64,000 bases of DNA from an uncultured Bacillota bacterium (GCA_949289845.1 CASEPN010000004.1:69-64068), one strand, 5' to 3'; positions 38,931 to 48,887 are shown, numbered from the stretch's first letter. Numbers and translations: made by a program. The notes: generated by a model from the sequence alone, not told the origin.

Positions 38931-41339
38931 GTGGACAAGGACTCTCTAGATAAGAAGGCGAGGGAAATCCTCGCTAGCCTGGCGGACCGGGAGAAATGCC
39001 TCCTCCTTTTCGGAAATGGGATGTGGAAGACCCACGGCATCAAGGGCAAAGGCGTCCAGGAGGTCGAGATGCACGACGGGCCTCTCGGGCTTCGCGTCCC
39101 CCTTGACGAGAAGACCTCTGGGTTCGCTGAGCCCGTGGAAAAGGCGACGTGCTTCCCTTCGCCGGCTCTCCTCGCCTGCTCATGGGATCCTTCGCTTCTA
39201 GAGGCCGTCGGATCGATGGTTGCCAAGGAAGCAATCACACTCCATACGGATCTCCTCTTGGCTCCTGGCATCAATATCAAGAGAAATCCTCTTTGCGGAC
39301 GTAATTTCGAATATTTCAGCGAAGACCCCCTTCTTGCCGGGATATTAGGGGCTTCCTATATCAAAGGCGTGCAGAAGGAAGGCGTCGGGGCCTGCCTGAA
39401 GCACTTCGCCTTGAACAACCAGGAACATAACCGTTTCGCCTATAGCGCGGAAGTCGACGAGAGGACGATGAGGGAGTTCTACCTGCGTCCTTTTGAAATC
39501 GCGGTCAAGGAGGGAGAGCCTTGGGCGGTGATGGCCGCCTATAACCGTGTGAATGGGACGTTCTGTTCCGATAACTCCTATCTTCTGGAGGATGTCCTGT
39601 TTGGGTCCTGGAACTTTCAGGGCCCTGTCATCAGCGACTGGGGAGGGACCGCGGACCCTGTCCGTTCTCATGACTTCGGCCTTTCCTTGGAGATGCCATG
39701 TTCCTTCAGCCGCCTCCGGGAACTAAGAAGAGCCTTGAGGAAAGGGGAACTTCGGAGAAGCAAGCTGGACGAGGCCGCGCTTCGGATGGTGAAGCTTTCC
39801 TTGCTGGCTTCGAACCGGACCAAGGAGACAGAGGGATGGCGTTTTTCTGACTCCCATGGGCTTGCTAGGAAGGCCGCGGCAGAGTCGATCGTCCTTGCCC
39901 GGAATGAAAGGCATATCCTCCCTCTGAAGGACTACAAGGAGTGTTGTGTGATCGGCGGAATCGCCGAGAGGATGCCCTTCCAAGGGAAGGGCTCGAGCAG
40001 GGTGACCGCGCAGGCGGCGACGAACTTCCTTTCCGCGGCGCCGGACGAGGACATTCCCTATGCCCAGGGATATCCGATGGGGCTTCCTAACGAGCTTTCC
40101 GCCCAGGAACTCATGCAGGAGGCGGTCGAGGTTGCTTCCGGGACTAAGAACGTGATCCTGTTCCTCGGCATTCCCGAAGGGGTGGAAAGCGAAGGCGACG
40201 ACCGGAAGGACATGCGCCTTCCGTCTGATCAGATGGCTCTTTATGAGGCGGTCAGAGCAATCAACAGGAACACGATTGTCGTCCTTGTCGGGGGAGCCCC
40301 GGTAGAGCTAGGAGGCCTTCTCGAGAGTCCCGGCCTTGTTCTTTCCTATCTCGGAGGGGAAGCTGGCGCGGAAGCGATCGAGGACGTCTTGTCCGGGAGG
40401 GTCAATCCCTCTGGGAAGCTCGCCGAGACATGGCCCTTGCGTTATTCCGACGTCCCAAGTTCTTCCTACTACGGAAAAGAAATCAGGACGGCCTCCTATA
40501 TGGAGTCCTTCTTTGTCGGCTATCGGTATTTCTGCTCCGCGAAGACTGCCCCTGGACTGCCTTTCGGGCATGGGCTCAGCTACACGGAGTTCTCCTATCG
40601 CGGAGCGCGTCTCAATCCGGAGGCGAAGATGCTTGAGGTCGACTTGGAGAATGTTGGCGACTTGCCTGGAGAAGAGGTCGTTCAGGTATATGCGAGGTAC
40701 GAAGGGAAGGATGCGCTTATGCCGGAAAGGCAGCTCTGCTGCTTTGCCAAGATTGCCATGCTGCCCGGCGAAAGAAAGACAATAACTCTTCAAATTTCAG
40801 ATAGAACTTTTGAAATTTGGGATTCTTTAACGCATTCTTTCAAGACTCTCGCGGGAAAGTATTCCTTCTTAGTGGGTTCTTCCAGCACCGATATCCGGCT
40901 CGAGCCCATTCCTTACGAAGTTTCCCGCGACAAGGATTCCTACAAGGCCGACAAGGGGTACCTTCAGTCGCTCAAGGCGTATTTTGACTTCCGCCGGAAA
41001 GGGGTGCTCGAGGTTGATGCGGATAGCTTCTCCGCGTTGCTTGGAAGGCATCCGACGCCCGATATCGCGAGCTCTCCAAGGCCCTTCGATCTGAACTCCA
41101 CCATCCGCGAGATGGAAGACTGCCAATTTGGGAAATTGGTAGGGCGAATGGTCAGAAGACGCTTCCGCGATAAGAGCGAGGCGGACCTCTCCTCGGTCAT
41201 CGACGTGCCCATCCGGATGGTTTCCGGATTCTTCAGCCCTAAGTTCGCCGGCTTTGTCGTCGAATGCTGCAATGGGCGCTTCCTGCATGCGCTCATGCGC
41301 CTCTTCATCGGAACACGCGGGATGAGGTTCCGGGCCTAG
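38931..41339 (+). CDS. glycoside hydrolase family 3 (beta-glucosidase-like) with Fn3-like domain
   Basis: DGPLGLR, GRNFEYFSEDP, KHFA, SDW nucleophile, FGHGLSYT; start GTG 38931 (SD AAAGG) or ATG 38901. Confidence 0.93.
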   Translation: MDKDSLDKKAREILASLADREKCLLLFGNGMWKTHGIKGKGVQEVEMHDGPLGLRVPLDEKTSGFAEPVEKATCFPSPALLACSWDPSLLEAVGSMVAKEAITLHTDLLLAPGINIKRNPLCGRNFEYFSEDPLLAGILGASYIKGVQKEGVGACLKHFALNNQEHNRFAYSAEVDERTMREFYLRPFEIAVKEGEPWAVMAAYNRVNGTFCSDNSYLLEDVLFGSWNFQGPVISDWGGTADPVRSHDFGLSLEMPCSFSRLRELRRALRKGELRRSKLDEAALRMVKLSLLASNRTKETEGWRFSDSHGLARKAAAESIVLARNERHILPLKDYKECCVIGGIAERMPFQGKGSSRVTAQAATNFLSAAPDEDIPYAQGYPMGLPNELSAQELMQEAVEVASGTKNVILFLGIPEGVESEGDDRKDMRLPSDQMALYEAVRAINRNTIVVLVGGAPVELGGLLESPGLVLSYLGGEAGAEAIEDVLSGRVNPSGKLAETWPLRYSDVPSSSYYGKEIRTASYMESFFVGYRYFCSAKTAPGLPFGHGLSYTEFSYRGARLNPEAKMLEVDLENVGDLPGEEVVQVYARYEGKDALMPERQLCCFAKIAMLPGERKTITLQISDRTFEIWDSLTHSFKTLAGKYSFLVGSSSTDIRLEPIPYEVSRDKDSYKADKGYLQSLKAYFDFRRKGVLEVDADSFSALLGRHPTPDIASSPRPFDLNSTIREMEDCQFGKLVGRMVRRRFRDKSEADLSSVIDVPIRMVSGFFSPKFAGFVVECCNGRFLHALMRLFIGTRGMRFRA

Positions 41340-41340
41340 C

Positions 41341-42279
41341 ATGCTGATCACTTCGCTTCTGATACAGCGTTCCCTTTCTAAGCTCCACCGTGATAGGAGC
41401 GACAATAGTCCTGCTTTCCCTTTCTATGAACCTGCCTCGCTGGGACTGAAAGAGAAACCTTTCTCTTTCCGTTCGGGGCGCTGGCTTCTTCGCGGTTCCT
41501 TCTATTGGAAGGGGGAAGAGTTTCCTGAGAAGCCCCTGATTGTCTTCTTCCACGGGCTGGGCAGCGGCCGCATCGCCTACCTTCGCCTTATGGCGGCCTA
41601 TGCGGGGGAAGGCTATCCCGTAGCTTCCTTCGACTACACGGGGTGCGGCGAAAGCGAAGGGCCTTGCATCTACGGGCTTGGCCATGTCCTTAAGGACGTT
41701 CGTTCTTTCTTTGGGTGGCTGAGGACTCAGAAGAAGCATGGGTCCTTCCCGATTGTTTTTTCGGTGGGTCATTCCTGGGGCGGCTTCGCCTCTCTTCTTT
41801 CCACGGGAGAGCCGCAAGTCCGGAAAGCGATCTCTTTCGCTGGGTTCCTCTCCTATTCGGACATCGTCCTCAAGTACTTTCCCAAGAAGCTTCGGGGCCT
41901 TCTTAGGCCAGCGGTTTGCCTTTCCCTGTTCCTGGATGGAGGGCTTCTCGGCAATCCTTCCGCGAAGAAGGTCGTCATGGGTTCCTCGGCGAAGATCCTC
42001 TACATCCAAGGGACAGAGGATGAGATGGTTCCGCCTGCATGCGGGATCGAACGACTCAATGAACTTGGCCGTTGCAACGGCAGGATTCAGACGATTCCGG
42101 TTGACCACATGGGACACCAGCCGTATTTGGCGAAGGAAGCGGAACTCCATTACCTTGAGTATCTGAAGAAAGGGGAAGGCACGCTTCATCCGGCGGGAGA
42201 GGGTTCTATGGATCTAGAGCTTGCCACCCGCCTAAATCCAAGGCTCATGAAAGTCTCATTCGACTTTCTTAGGCGGTAG
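41341..42279 (+). CDS. alpha/beta hydrolase
   Basis: FFHGLG, DYTGCGES, GHSWGG, QGTED, GH. Confidence 0.87.
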   Translation: MLITSLLIQRSLSKLHRDRSDNSPAFPFYEPASLGLKEKPFSFRSGRWLLRGSFYWKGEEFPEKPLIVFFHGLGSGRIAYLRLMAAYAGEGYPVASFDYTGCGESEGPCIYGLGHVLKDVRSFFGWLRTQKKHGSFPIVFSVGHSWGGFASLLSTGEPQVRKAISFAGFLSYSDIVLKYFPKKLRGLLRPAVCLSLFLDGGLLGNPSAKKVVMGSSAKILYIQGTEDEMVPPACGIERLNELGRCNGRIQTIPVDHMGHQPYLAKEAELHYLEYLKKGEGTLHPAGEGSMDLELATRLNPRLMKVSFDFLRR

Positions 42280-42297
42280 GGGTATATTTCGCCACGT

Positions 42298-42382
42298 GCA
42301 CTGGTGGCGGAATTGGTATACGCGCTAGTCTCAGGAGCTAGTCGGGAAACCGGTGTGAGTTCGACTCTCATCCAGTGCACCA
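42298..42382 (+). tRNA. tRNA-Leu(CAG)
   Basis: CTAGT-CT CAG GA-GCTAG, long variable arm, CCA. Confidence 0.95.
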
Positions 42383-42387
42383 TGTTT

Positions 42388-42464
42388 GCGCCCGTAGCTC
42401 AGATGGATAGAGTGCAACCCTCCGAAGGTTGAGGTCAGGCGTTCGACTCGCCTCGGGCGCGCCA
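42388..42464 (+). tRNA. tRNA-Arg(CCG)
   Basis: CAACC-CT CCG AA-GGTTG; CCA. Confidence 0.96.
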
Positions 42465-42548
42465 ATATGTAAGATGTCCCGATTTAATCGGGATTTTTTC
42501 TTGCATGAAACAATAGACAAAAGTCCACTAATAGACAATTATATATGT

Positions 42549-43046
42549 ATGGCAGAGAAAGACAGACGTTTTCGGAAGAGCGAGTCAGCCTTGCTGAACG
42601 CTTTCGTCTCCCTTCGTCCCCAAGGGCCTGTCTCGGTTTCCGATATCATCCGTGAAGCTGACGTGAGCAAGGCGACTTTCTATCTTCACTACGCTTCTGT
42701 TCGAGAACTGGCGAACGCTGCTCTCGACCTTCTTATCTCCAAACTCGTAATGTCGATGGGAGGCCAGGAATGCGTTGAGCGGCTGATCACTGGCATTTCC
42801 CAGGAGTCGCGTCTTTGCAAGGCGGTCCTCCAGGAGAATTCCTCTTCCCTGTCTGAAGCTATCCTCCTTACTTTCCCCTTTGTCTTCGAGCCCTACTTGG
42901 GGGCGGGCCTTTCTGCCTCGGAGGGAAAGAGGCAGGCGCGCTGTCTGGCCTACGCTCTCGTGGGATACCTCCAAGGCGCATATTCAACCCGCCAAAAGCC
43001 CACCTTCGAAGGTTGGGTCAGGACAATGTCTGGGCTTCGGTTTTGA
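42549..43046 (+). CDS. TetR/AcrR family transcriptional regulator
   Basis: DRRFRKS...VSVSDIIREADVSKATFYLHY; upstream AATAGACAA repeat (42512, 42530) may be an operator. Confidence 0.85.
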   Translation: MAEKDRRFRKSESALLNAFVSLRPQGPVSVSDIIREADVSKATFYLHYASVRELANAALDLLISKLVMSMGGQECVERLITGISQESRLCKAVLQENSSSLSEAILLTFPFVFEPYLGAGLSASEGKRQARCLAYALVGYLQGAYSTRQKPTFEGWVRTMSGLRF

Positions 43047-43066
43047 AGTGATATAGTTACGCAGCC

Positions 43067-43152
43067 GCCCGTGTGGCGAAACGGTAGACGCAGCGGACTC
43101 AAAATCCGCCGAGCCAAAACTCATGCCGGTTCGAGTCCGGCCACGGGCACCA
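43067..43152 (+). tRNA. tRNA-Leu(CAA)
   Basis: GCGGA-CT CAA AA-TCCGC, long variable arm, CCA. Confidence 0.95.
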
Positions 43153-43222
43153 CTCCGATCAGGGGTGTTTTTTCTTTTGCACCTATAGGACAAGCGGCCC
43201 TCTCTGCGGTATAAATCTGGCC

Positions 43223-44599
43223 ATGAGCATTGTTGCTGGCGCCCTCTTGCCGCACCCCGCATTCAGTATCCCGGAGGTGGGCAAAGGGGAAGAGCGTTCC
43301 ATTGGTTCGGTAGTGGAGGCGATGGGCGAGATCGCGAAAGAGCTCGCCTCCCTCAAGCCTGATACCATTGTGATCATTTCGGGGCACTCAGAAGGCTACC
43401 GGGACTATTTCCAGCTTTTCGACGGCGAGGTCGGCATTGGCTCAATGGCGGGCTTCGATGCCTCTGATATCAACTTCCGGGTCCTCTATGACAAGCAGTT
43501 TGTCAGGACCATGGCCGAGCTTGCACGCAAGGGCACTTTCCCTGCAGGAACAATGGGGGACAAGGGAAGCTTTCTTGATTATGGGGTCATGGTGCCCCTC
43601 TACTTCCTTAACAAGGAGATGCCCTCCGTTCACATCGTGCGTTTGGCCATTTCTTCGCTCCCTTTCCTAAGCCACTATCTCCTTGGGAAGATTGTGGCCG
43701 AGACGAGCCAGCGCCTTGGGAGAAGAACGGTCGTCGTAGCCTCAGGGGACTTGTCCCACCATCTTTCGAAATTAGAAGACTCATCTCTTTCCGCGTTGGC
43801 CTTCCAATACGAAGAAGCCATGCAGAAGTCCCTTAAAAATGCGAATTTCCTAGATTGGCTTACTGTGGATCCCACGACTCTCGCCGCTGCAGGAGAGTGT
43901 GGCCACCGCCCCTTGTTAATCATGGCGGGCGCCCTTGACGGACGGCATGTTAAGGTGTGCCACCATACCCATGAGATTTATCTTGGGACCGGCTACTCCA
44001 GCGCTTGCTATGTAGCCGAAGGAAGCGATCCTACCAGGAGGTTCGACTCCCTTTACCTAAGTCGGGAGGCCCTTGCCTGTTCGAACGCGAGGGCTAAGAG
44101 CGACAAAGTCGCCGCTCTTGCCCGAAAGGCGATGGAGGTTTGGGTGGCCCAGCAGGCCAGGATCGCCTGTCCTGAAGAGGAACCCTTCTCCCTGCCTTCC
44201 AAACCGGTTTTCGTCACAATTCGGGTGCATGGCTCGATGCATGGCTGCATCGGCGCGATAAGGCCGCTTCGGTCGAAACTAGGAGAGGAAGTCATCGAAA
44301 GCGCGATCTCTGCGGCAAAAGACTCGCGCTTCCCTCCTTTGACGAAGGAAGACCTTCCTTATCTCGATGTCACTGTTGATGTCCTGGGGGCTCTCCAGAG
44401 AATCCATTCGATCTACAAGCTCGATCCGAAGAAATACGGCGTCTACGTGCAAAGCGGTAAGCGGCATGGCTTCGTCCTTCCCCGCCAGGAAGGGGCGATG
44501 ACGATCGATAGCCAGCTCGCCGCGGCTAAGAGAAAGGCCGGCATCGAGTTCGATGAGCCGGTCACTCTCTACCGCGTCCCCTCGAACCAGCACCGCTAG
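43223..44599 (+). CDS. LigB/Memo-like domain fused to AMMECR1 domain (AmmeMemoRadiSam protein A type)
   Basis: PHP, SGH, SGDLSH, GECG in N-terminal part; FVT...GCIG...DSRF..L...DL..VDVL...DPKKYGV in C-terminal part. Confidence 0.82.
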   Translation: MSIVAGALLPHPAFSIPEVGKGEERSIGSVVEAMGEIAKELASLKPDTIVIISGHSEGYRDYFQLFDGEVGIGSMAGFDASDINFRVLYDKQFVRTMAELARKGTFPAGTMGDKGSFLDYGVMVPLYFLNKEMPSVHIVRLAISSLPFLSHYLLGKIVAETSQRLGRRTVVVASGDLSHHLSKLEDSSLSALAFQYEEAMQKSLKNANFLDWLTVDPTTLAAAGECGHRPLLIMAGALDGRHVKVCHHTHEIYLGTGYSSACYVAEGSDPTRRFDSLYLSREALACSNARAKSDKVAALARKAMEVWVAQQARIACPEEEPFSLPSKPVFVTIRVHGSMHGCIGAIRPLRSKLGEEVIESAISAAKDSRFPPLTKEDLPYLDVTVDVLGALQRIHSIYKLDPKKYGVYVQSGKRHGFVLPRQEGAMTIDSQLAAAKRKAGIEFDEPVTLYRVPSNQHR

Positions 44600-44625
44600 A
44601 TGGCGCTTGTGCTAAAGTAGCCGCG

Positions 44626-45270
44626 ATGTCTATCTGGAACAAATTTAGGTACGCGAACTGGAAACGCCTCTTGGCGATCGTTTTTTCGGTCATCGCGCTT
44701 GTGGGTTCGATCACGGGCTACGCGATCACCATGATCAACAGCGCTGGCCTCGGTTCGATGGATAACTTCACGAACATGGCCCTCGAGACCCTGAGCGTCA
44801 TCGTGATGCTTCTCGTCGCCTACTACCTTCTCGACGGGAACGTCAGGAACTCGAACTCCGCCTACAGGGGAGTGCTTAGCTTCGTGATGATCATGGCCCT
44901 CAATGGCGTTCTCGACATCCTCGATTTCATCATCCAGATCGCTGCCGGGGGATTTGCTGAGATTTTCCTAAACGCGTTCATGATCGTCCTGGCCGTGGCC
45001 TCCGCGGTCATCGGCTTCGTCCTCTATCGGAAGATCATGGGCTATCTTGCGGGCTCCTACATGGCGCCCACATACAAGAACCTTATGTTCTGGACGATCG
45101 CTTTCGTCGTGGTCTGCGTCCTTTACTCCATCACGATGGTTGTATATTCTGCGATTTTCCTTGCTGCCGACCCCTTGTCCTTGTACAGCTGGGCAGCCTT
45201 CGTTTCCGTTCTCCCGAACATCGCCTTCCCTCTCGCGATCCTCTTCACGACGATGCGGCTGGCCCACTGA
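44626..45270 (+). CDS. hypothetical multi-pass membrane protein
   Basis: About six hydrophobic segments; extended -10 TGcTAAAGT 7 nt before ATG. Confidence 0.8.
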   Translation: MSIWNKFRYANWKRLLAIVFSVIALVGSITGYAITMINSAGLGSMDNFTNMALETLSVIVMLLVAYYLLDGNVRNSNSAYRGVLSFVMIMALNGVLDILDFIIQIAAGGFAEIFLNAFMIVLAVASAVIGFVLYRKIMGYLAGSYMAPTYKNLMFWTIAFVVVCVLYSITMVVYSAIFLAADPLSLYSWAAFVSVLPNIAFPLAILFTTMRLAH

Positions 45271-45315
45271 CCATCCTTCCAAGAGGTCTCTTTTCCCTCT
45301 ATAATCCTCGCCCGT

Positions 45316-45403
45316 GAGGGGAGTAGCGGTTCGCCAAGCTCGACATCCCGCCGGAGCCCATCCGGCCGGGCTTGACGGGGTCGATCAGCCCACGCCAGAC
45401 CTC
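45316..45403 (+). ncRNA. yybP-ykoY (Mn2+) riboswitch
   Basis: GAGGGGAGTAGC...CGACATC..CCG/CGG...GCCAGACCTC, downstream of TATAAT (45300) and upstream of a P-type ATPase. Confidence 0.82.
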
Positions 45404-45429
45404 CAACGCCTTTTGGCAAAGGAGTGAGC

Positions 45430-48144
45430 ATGTTCGAGAACAGAAGCCCGAAGGACGTCCTGGCTGAGCTTTCGGTCGACCCGTCGCTAGGCCTTGATGG
45501 CAAGGAAATTGAAAGAAGACGCGCGCTTTACGGAGAAAACAAGCTTCAGGAGGGCAAGAAGAAAGGTCCTCTGGCCATCTTCCTTGGCGAGTTCAAGGAT
45601 CCGATGGTCATCGTCCTTTTCGTCGCCGCCCTCATCTCGATGATCGTCGGCATCGTCCAGAAGGACTACGAGCAGTTCATCGACGTCGGCATCATCATGG
45701 CCGTCGTCGTCATCAACGCGATCATCGGCACCATCATGGAGACGAAGGCCGAGAAGGCCTTGGAGGCGCTCAAGAAGCTTTCTTCCCCGACCGCGACCGT
45801 CCGCAGGGAAGGGAAGATCGTCGAGGTCAAGGCGAGCGAGCTCGTGCCCGGCGACATCGTCATCCTTGAGGAAGGACGGACCGTTCCCGCCGACCTCCGT
45901 CTTCTCAAGTCCTTCTCCATGAAGAGTGACGAGTCCTCCCTCACGGGCGAGTCTCTCCCCGTCGAGAAAGACGCCGACCTCGTCCTTACCGAGGAGGTTG
46001 GCCCTGGCGACCGCCTGAACGTCTGCTACATGTCCACCCCGATCGTTTACGGACGCGGGGAGGGCGTGGTCATCGCCACGGGCATGAACACCGAGATCGG
46101 CCGCATCGCTTCCTCCCTTGACGAAGGGGGCGAGGAGCAGACCCCTCTCCAGAAGCAGCTCGCGAAGCTTTCCAAGTTCCTGGGCATTCTTGCCGCCGGC
46201 GTCGTTGCCCTCATGCTCATCGTCAGCCTCCTATATAGCGCCTTCCTCACCCAGGACATCGAGACCGCCTGGATCGGGGACCTCATGGACAGCGTCTCCC
46301 TCGCGGTCGCCGCGATTCCCGAGGGACTCCCGGCCGTCGTCACCATCGTCCTTGCCCTTGGCATGTCGAAGATGGTCAAGGTCAACACGAACGTGAGGCG
46401 GCTCGCCTCCGTCGAGACGCTTGGCGCAGTCTCCGTAATCTGCAGCGACAAGACTGGCACCCTCACTGAGAACAAGATGACCGTCGTCGGGGCCTATCTC
46501 CCCGGGAAGCTCTATAGGGGAGACGAGCTTTCGGGCGATTCCCTGGTCACCCTCGCGAAGGGCATGTGCCTTTGCTCGGACGCCTCCATCGAGAAAGGCG
46601 TCTATGGCGACCCCACCGAGGTCGCGCTCGTGCGCTTCGCCGACTCCCTCGGGATGAAGAAGAGCGACCTCGAGCGTTTCGAGCTCCGCGTGGACGAGCT
46701 CCCCTTCGACTCCGTCCGCAAGATGATGTCCACCCTGAATGAAGGGGAGGGCGGCAGAAAGCTCTACACCAAGGGCGCGATCGACCAGATCCTCGCCCGT
46801 TGCACCCGCATCCTCGAGAGCGGAGCCTCTCGCCCCATCACGGAAGAGGACGTCCGGCTCGCTCAAGAAGCGTCCGCCTCGATGAGCGCCGACGCGCTCC
46901 GCGTCCTCGCGCTCGCGATAGGCGAGAAGGGCGAGGTCAAGGAGGAGAACCTGACCTTCGTCGGCCTCGTCGGCATGGTCGATCCTCCCAGGGAGGCTGC
47001 CAAGCCCGCCGTCCTCCGCCTCCGTCACGCCGGCATCACGACCATCATGATCACGGGCGACCACCGCGACACCGCCTTCGCCATCGCCAGGGAGCTGGAC
47101 ATCGCCTCCTCCCCCGACCAGTGCATGACGGGGGCCGAGATCGATGCCTGCACGCCGGAAGAACTCCAGGAAAGGGTGGAGCACGTGCGCGTCTTCGCCC
47201 GCGTCTCGCCCGAGAACAAGGTCGCCATCGTCAAGGCCATCAAGGCCAACGGCAGGATCGTCGCGATGACCGGGGACGGCGTGAACGACGCCCCGAGCCT
47301 CAAGCAGGCCGATATCGGCATCGCGATGGGCATCACCGGGACGGACGTCGCCAAGGGCGCGGCCGACATGGTGCTCACCGACGATAACTTCGCCTCCATC
47401 GAGAAGGCCGTCGAGGAGGGGAGAGGCATCTACGCCAACATCCGGAAGACGATCTTCTTCCTTCTCTCCTGCAACATCGGCGAGGTCCTCGCGATGTTCG
47501 TCTCGGTCCTCATCGGTTTCCCTGCGCCTCTCGTCGCGGTGCATCTCCTCTGGGTCAACCTCATCACCGACAGCCTTCCCGCGGTCGCCTTGGGCGCCGA
47601 CAAGAAGCCAGAGGGCATCATGGACGAGCAGCCCCGCGACCCGAAGGAGAACGTCTTCGCGCGGGGCGGCTACCTCACCGTGTTCGGCTATGGCCTCGTC
47701 ATCGCCCTGGCCACGATCATCGCCTTCCTCATCCCCGCCTTAAGCAACGGGGCGTTCACCCATTCCGAGATCGTCAGCTACTTCGCGGTGGTCGACGAGG
47801 CTACGGGAATCCAGCTGAACCTCGAGGAATCCCAGTCGATGGCTTTCTGCGTCCTCTCGATCTCCCAGCTCTTCCATATGCTCGGGATGACCGACCCCGG
47901 ACATACCGTCGTCCGCGTGCTTCGGGACAAGAACTGGCTCCTCTGGGGCGCCTTCTTCGTGGGCATGGCCCTCCAGTTCCTCGTCATCGAGACCCCGGGG
48001 CTCAATAACTTCTTCAGCGTCTACACCTTGAGCGACCATCCGCTTGACTATCTTTACGTCTTCCTCCTGGCCCTGACGCCACTCGTGGCGCATGAGCTAT
48101 ATGTCCTCTACCGGACCATTCATAAGAGGGTGGTGGCGCGCTAG
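45430..48144 (+). CDS. cation-translocating P-type ATPase (P2A, Ca2+/Mn2+, YoaB-like)
   Basis: TGES, IPEGL, DKTGTLT, TGDGVND, WVNLITD. Confidence 0.95.
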   Translation: MFENRSPKDVLAELSVDPSLGLDGKEIERRRALYGENKLQEGKKKGPLAIFLGEFKDPMVIVLFVAALISMIVGIVQKDYEQFIDVGIIMAVVVINAIIGTIMETKAEKALEALKKLSSPTATVRREGKIVEVKASELVPGDIVILEEGRTVPADLRLLKSFSMKSDESSLTGESLPVEKDADLVLTEEVGPGDRLNVCYMSTPIVYGRGEGVVIATGMNTEIGRIASSLDEGGEEQTPLQKQLAKLSKFLGILAAGVVALMLIVSLLYSAFLTQDIETAWIGDLMDSVSLAVAAIPEGLPAVVTIVLALGMSKMVKVNTNVRRLASVETLGAVSVICSDKTGTLTENKMTVVGAYLPGKLYRGDELSGDSLVTLAKGMCLCSDASIEKGVYGDPTEVALVRFADSLGMKKSDLERFELRVDELPFDSVRKMMSTLNEGEGGRKLYTKGAIDQILARCTRILESGASRPITEEDVRLAQEASASMSADALRVLALAIGEKGEVKEENLTFVGLVGMVDPPREAAKPAVLRLRHAGITTIMITGDHRDTAFAIARELDIASSPDQCMTGAEIDACTPEELQERVEHVRVFARVSPENKVAIVKAIKANGRIVAMTGDGVNDAPSLKQADIGIAMGITGTDVAKGAADMVLTDDNFASIEKAVEEGRGIYANIRKTIFFLLSCNIGEVLAMFVSVLIGFPAPLVAVHLLWVNLITDSLPAVALGADKKPEGIMDEQPRDPKENVFARGGYLTVFGYGLVIALATIIAFLIPALSNGAFTHSEIVSYFAVVDEATGIQLNLEESQSMAFCVLSISQLFHMLGMTDPGHTVVRVLRDKNWLLWGAFFVGMALQFLVIETPGLNNFFSVYTLSDHPLDYLYVFLLALTPLVAHELYVLYRTIHKRVVAR

Positions 48145-48204
48145 CGCTTTCCCCTTTGCCAAGAGGGCGAGGAGGGCTTATAGTCTCCCCGCCCTGAGGG
48201 CAAG

Positions 48205-48280
48205 GCCGTCTTAGCGCAACTGGCAGAGCAACTGAATCGTAATCAGTAGGTTGGGGGTTCGATTCCCTTAGACGGCACCA
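48205..48280 (+). tRNA. tRNA-Thr(CGT)
   Basis: ACTGA-AT CGT AA-TCAGT; CCA. Confidence 0.95.
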
Positions 48281-48380
48281 TCGGAACTTGGCCTCGGTTC
48301 GTCCGGGGCTTTTTCCGTCCTCCCCCTTGATATCCTCCGCGGGCTTGCTATAAAATCCGCCCTGCGTCCAAAAGGCGCAC

Positions 48381-48456
48381 GGGTGCTTAGCTCAGCTGGG
48401 AGAGCGTCTGCTTGACGTGCAGAAGGTCAGGAGTTCGATCCTCTTAGCACCCACCA
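48381..48456 (+). tRNA. tRNA-Val(GAC)
   Basis: TCTGC-TT GAC GT-GCAGA; CCA. Confidence 0.96.
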
Positions 48457-48545
48457 TCGAGAGAACGCGGGCTCGGCCCGCTTTTTTCGTCCCGAATCGT
48501 TCCATTCTTGGTAATATCAAGGAAAGAATCAAGGAGGGGTTCACC

Positions 48546-48758
48546 ATGGCCGAGGAGAAGAAGGGGAGCGGGAAGACCTATCACATCACCCAGAGGTCCG
48601 AGGACGGGATGTGGCAGGTGAAGCTCGCCAACGGGTCGCGGGCGCTAAAGAGGTTCCGCACCCAGAAGGAAGCGATCGAGTACGCGGAGAAGGTCTCCGA
48701 CAACCAGGAGGGCTCCATCCGCGTCCACGGCAAGAACGGGAAGATGAGGAAGAAGTAG
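48546..48758 (+). CDS. DUF2188-family small protein
   Basis: YHI...W.VK..G..RA...F.TQKEAI..A......I.VHGKNG; SD AGGAGG. Confidence 0.8.
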   Translation: MAEEKKGSGKTYHITQRSEDGMWQVKLANGSRALKRFRTQKEAIEYAEKVSDNQEGSIRVHGKNGKMRKK

Positions 48759-48813
48759 GTCTTCCTCGACAAGCGCGATCTCCTTGGCTACAATAGCGAG
48801 GCCGCGAGGCGAT

Positions 48814-48887
48814 GCATCTGTAGTTCAATGGTAGAACTCCAGCTTCCCAAGCTGGTCACGCGGGTTCGATTCCCGTCAGATGCTCCA
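48814..48887 (+). tRNA. tRNA-Gly(CCC)
   Basis: CCAGC-TT CCC AA-GCTGG; U73; CCA. Confidence 0.96.

Noticed and set aside
36786-42464. attL/attR of an integrated island formed by the repeated tRNA-Arg 3' ends
   Set aside because: Both copies are complete tRNAs with different anticodons, no integrase is present, and further tRNAs lie inside
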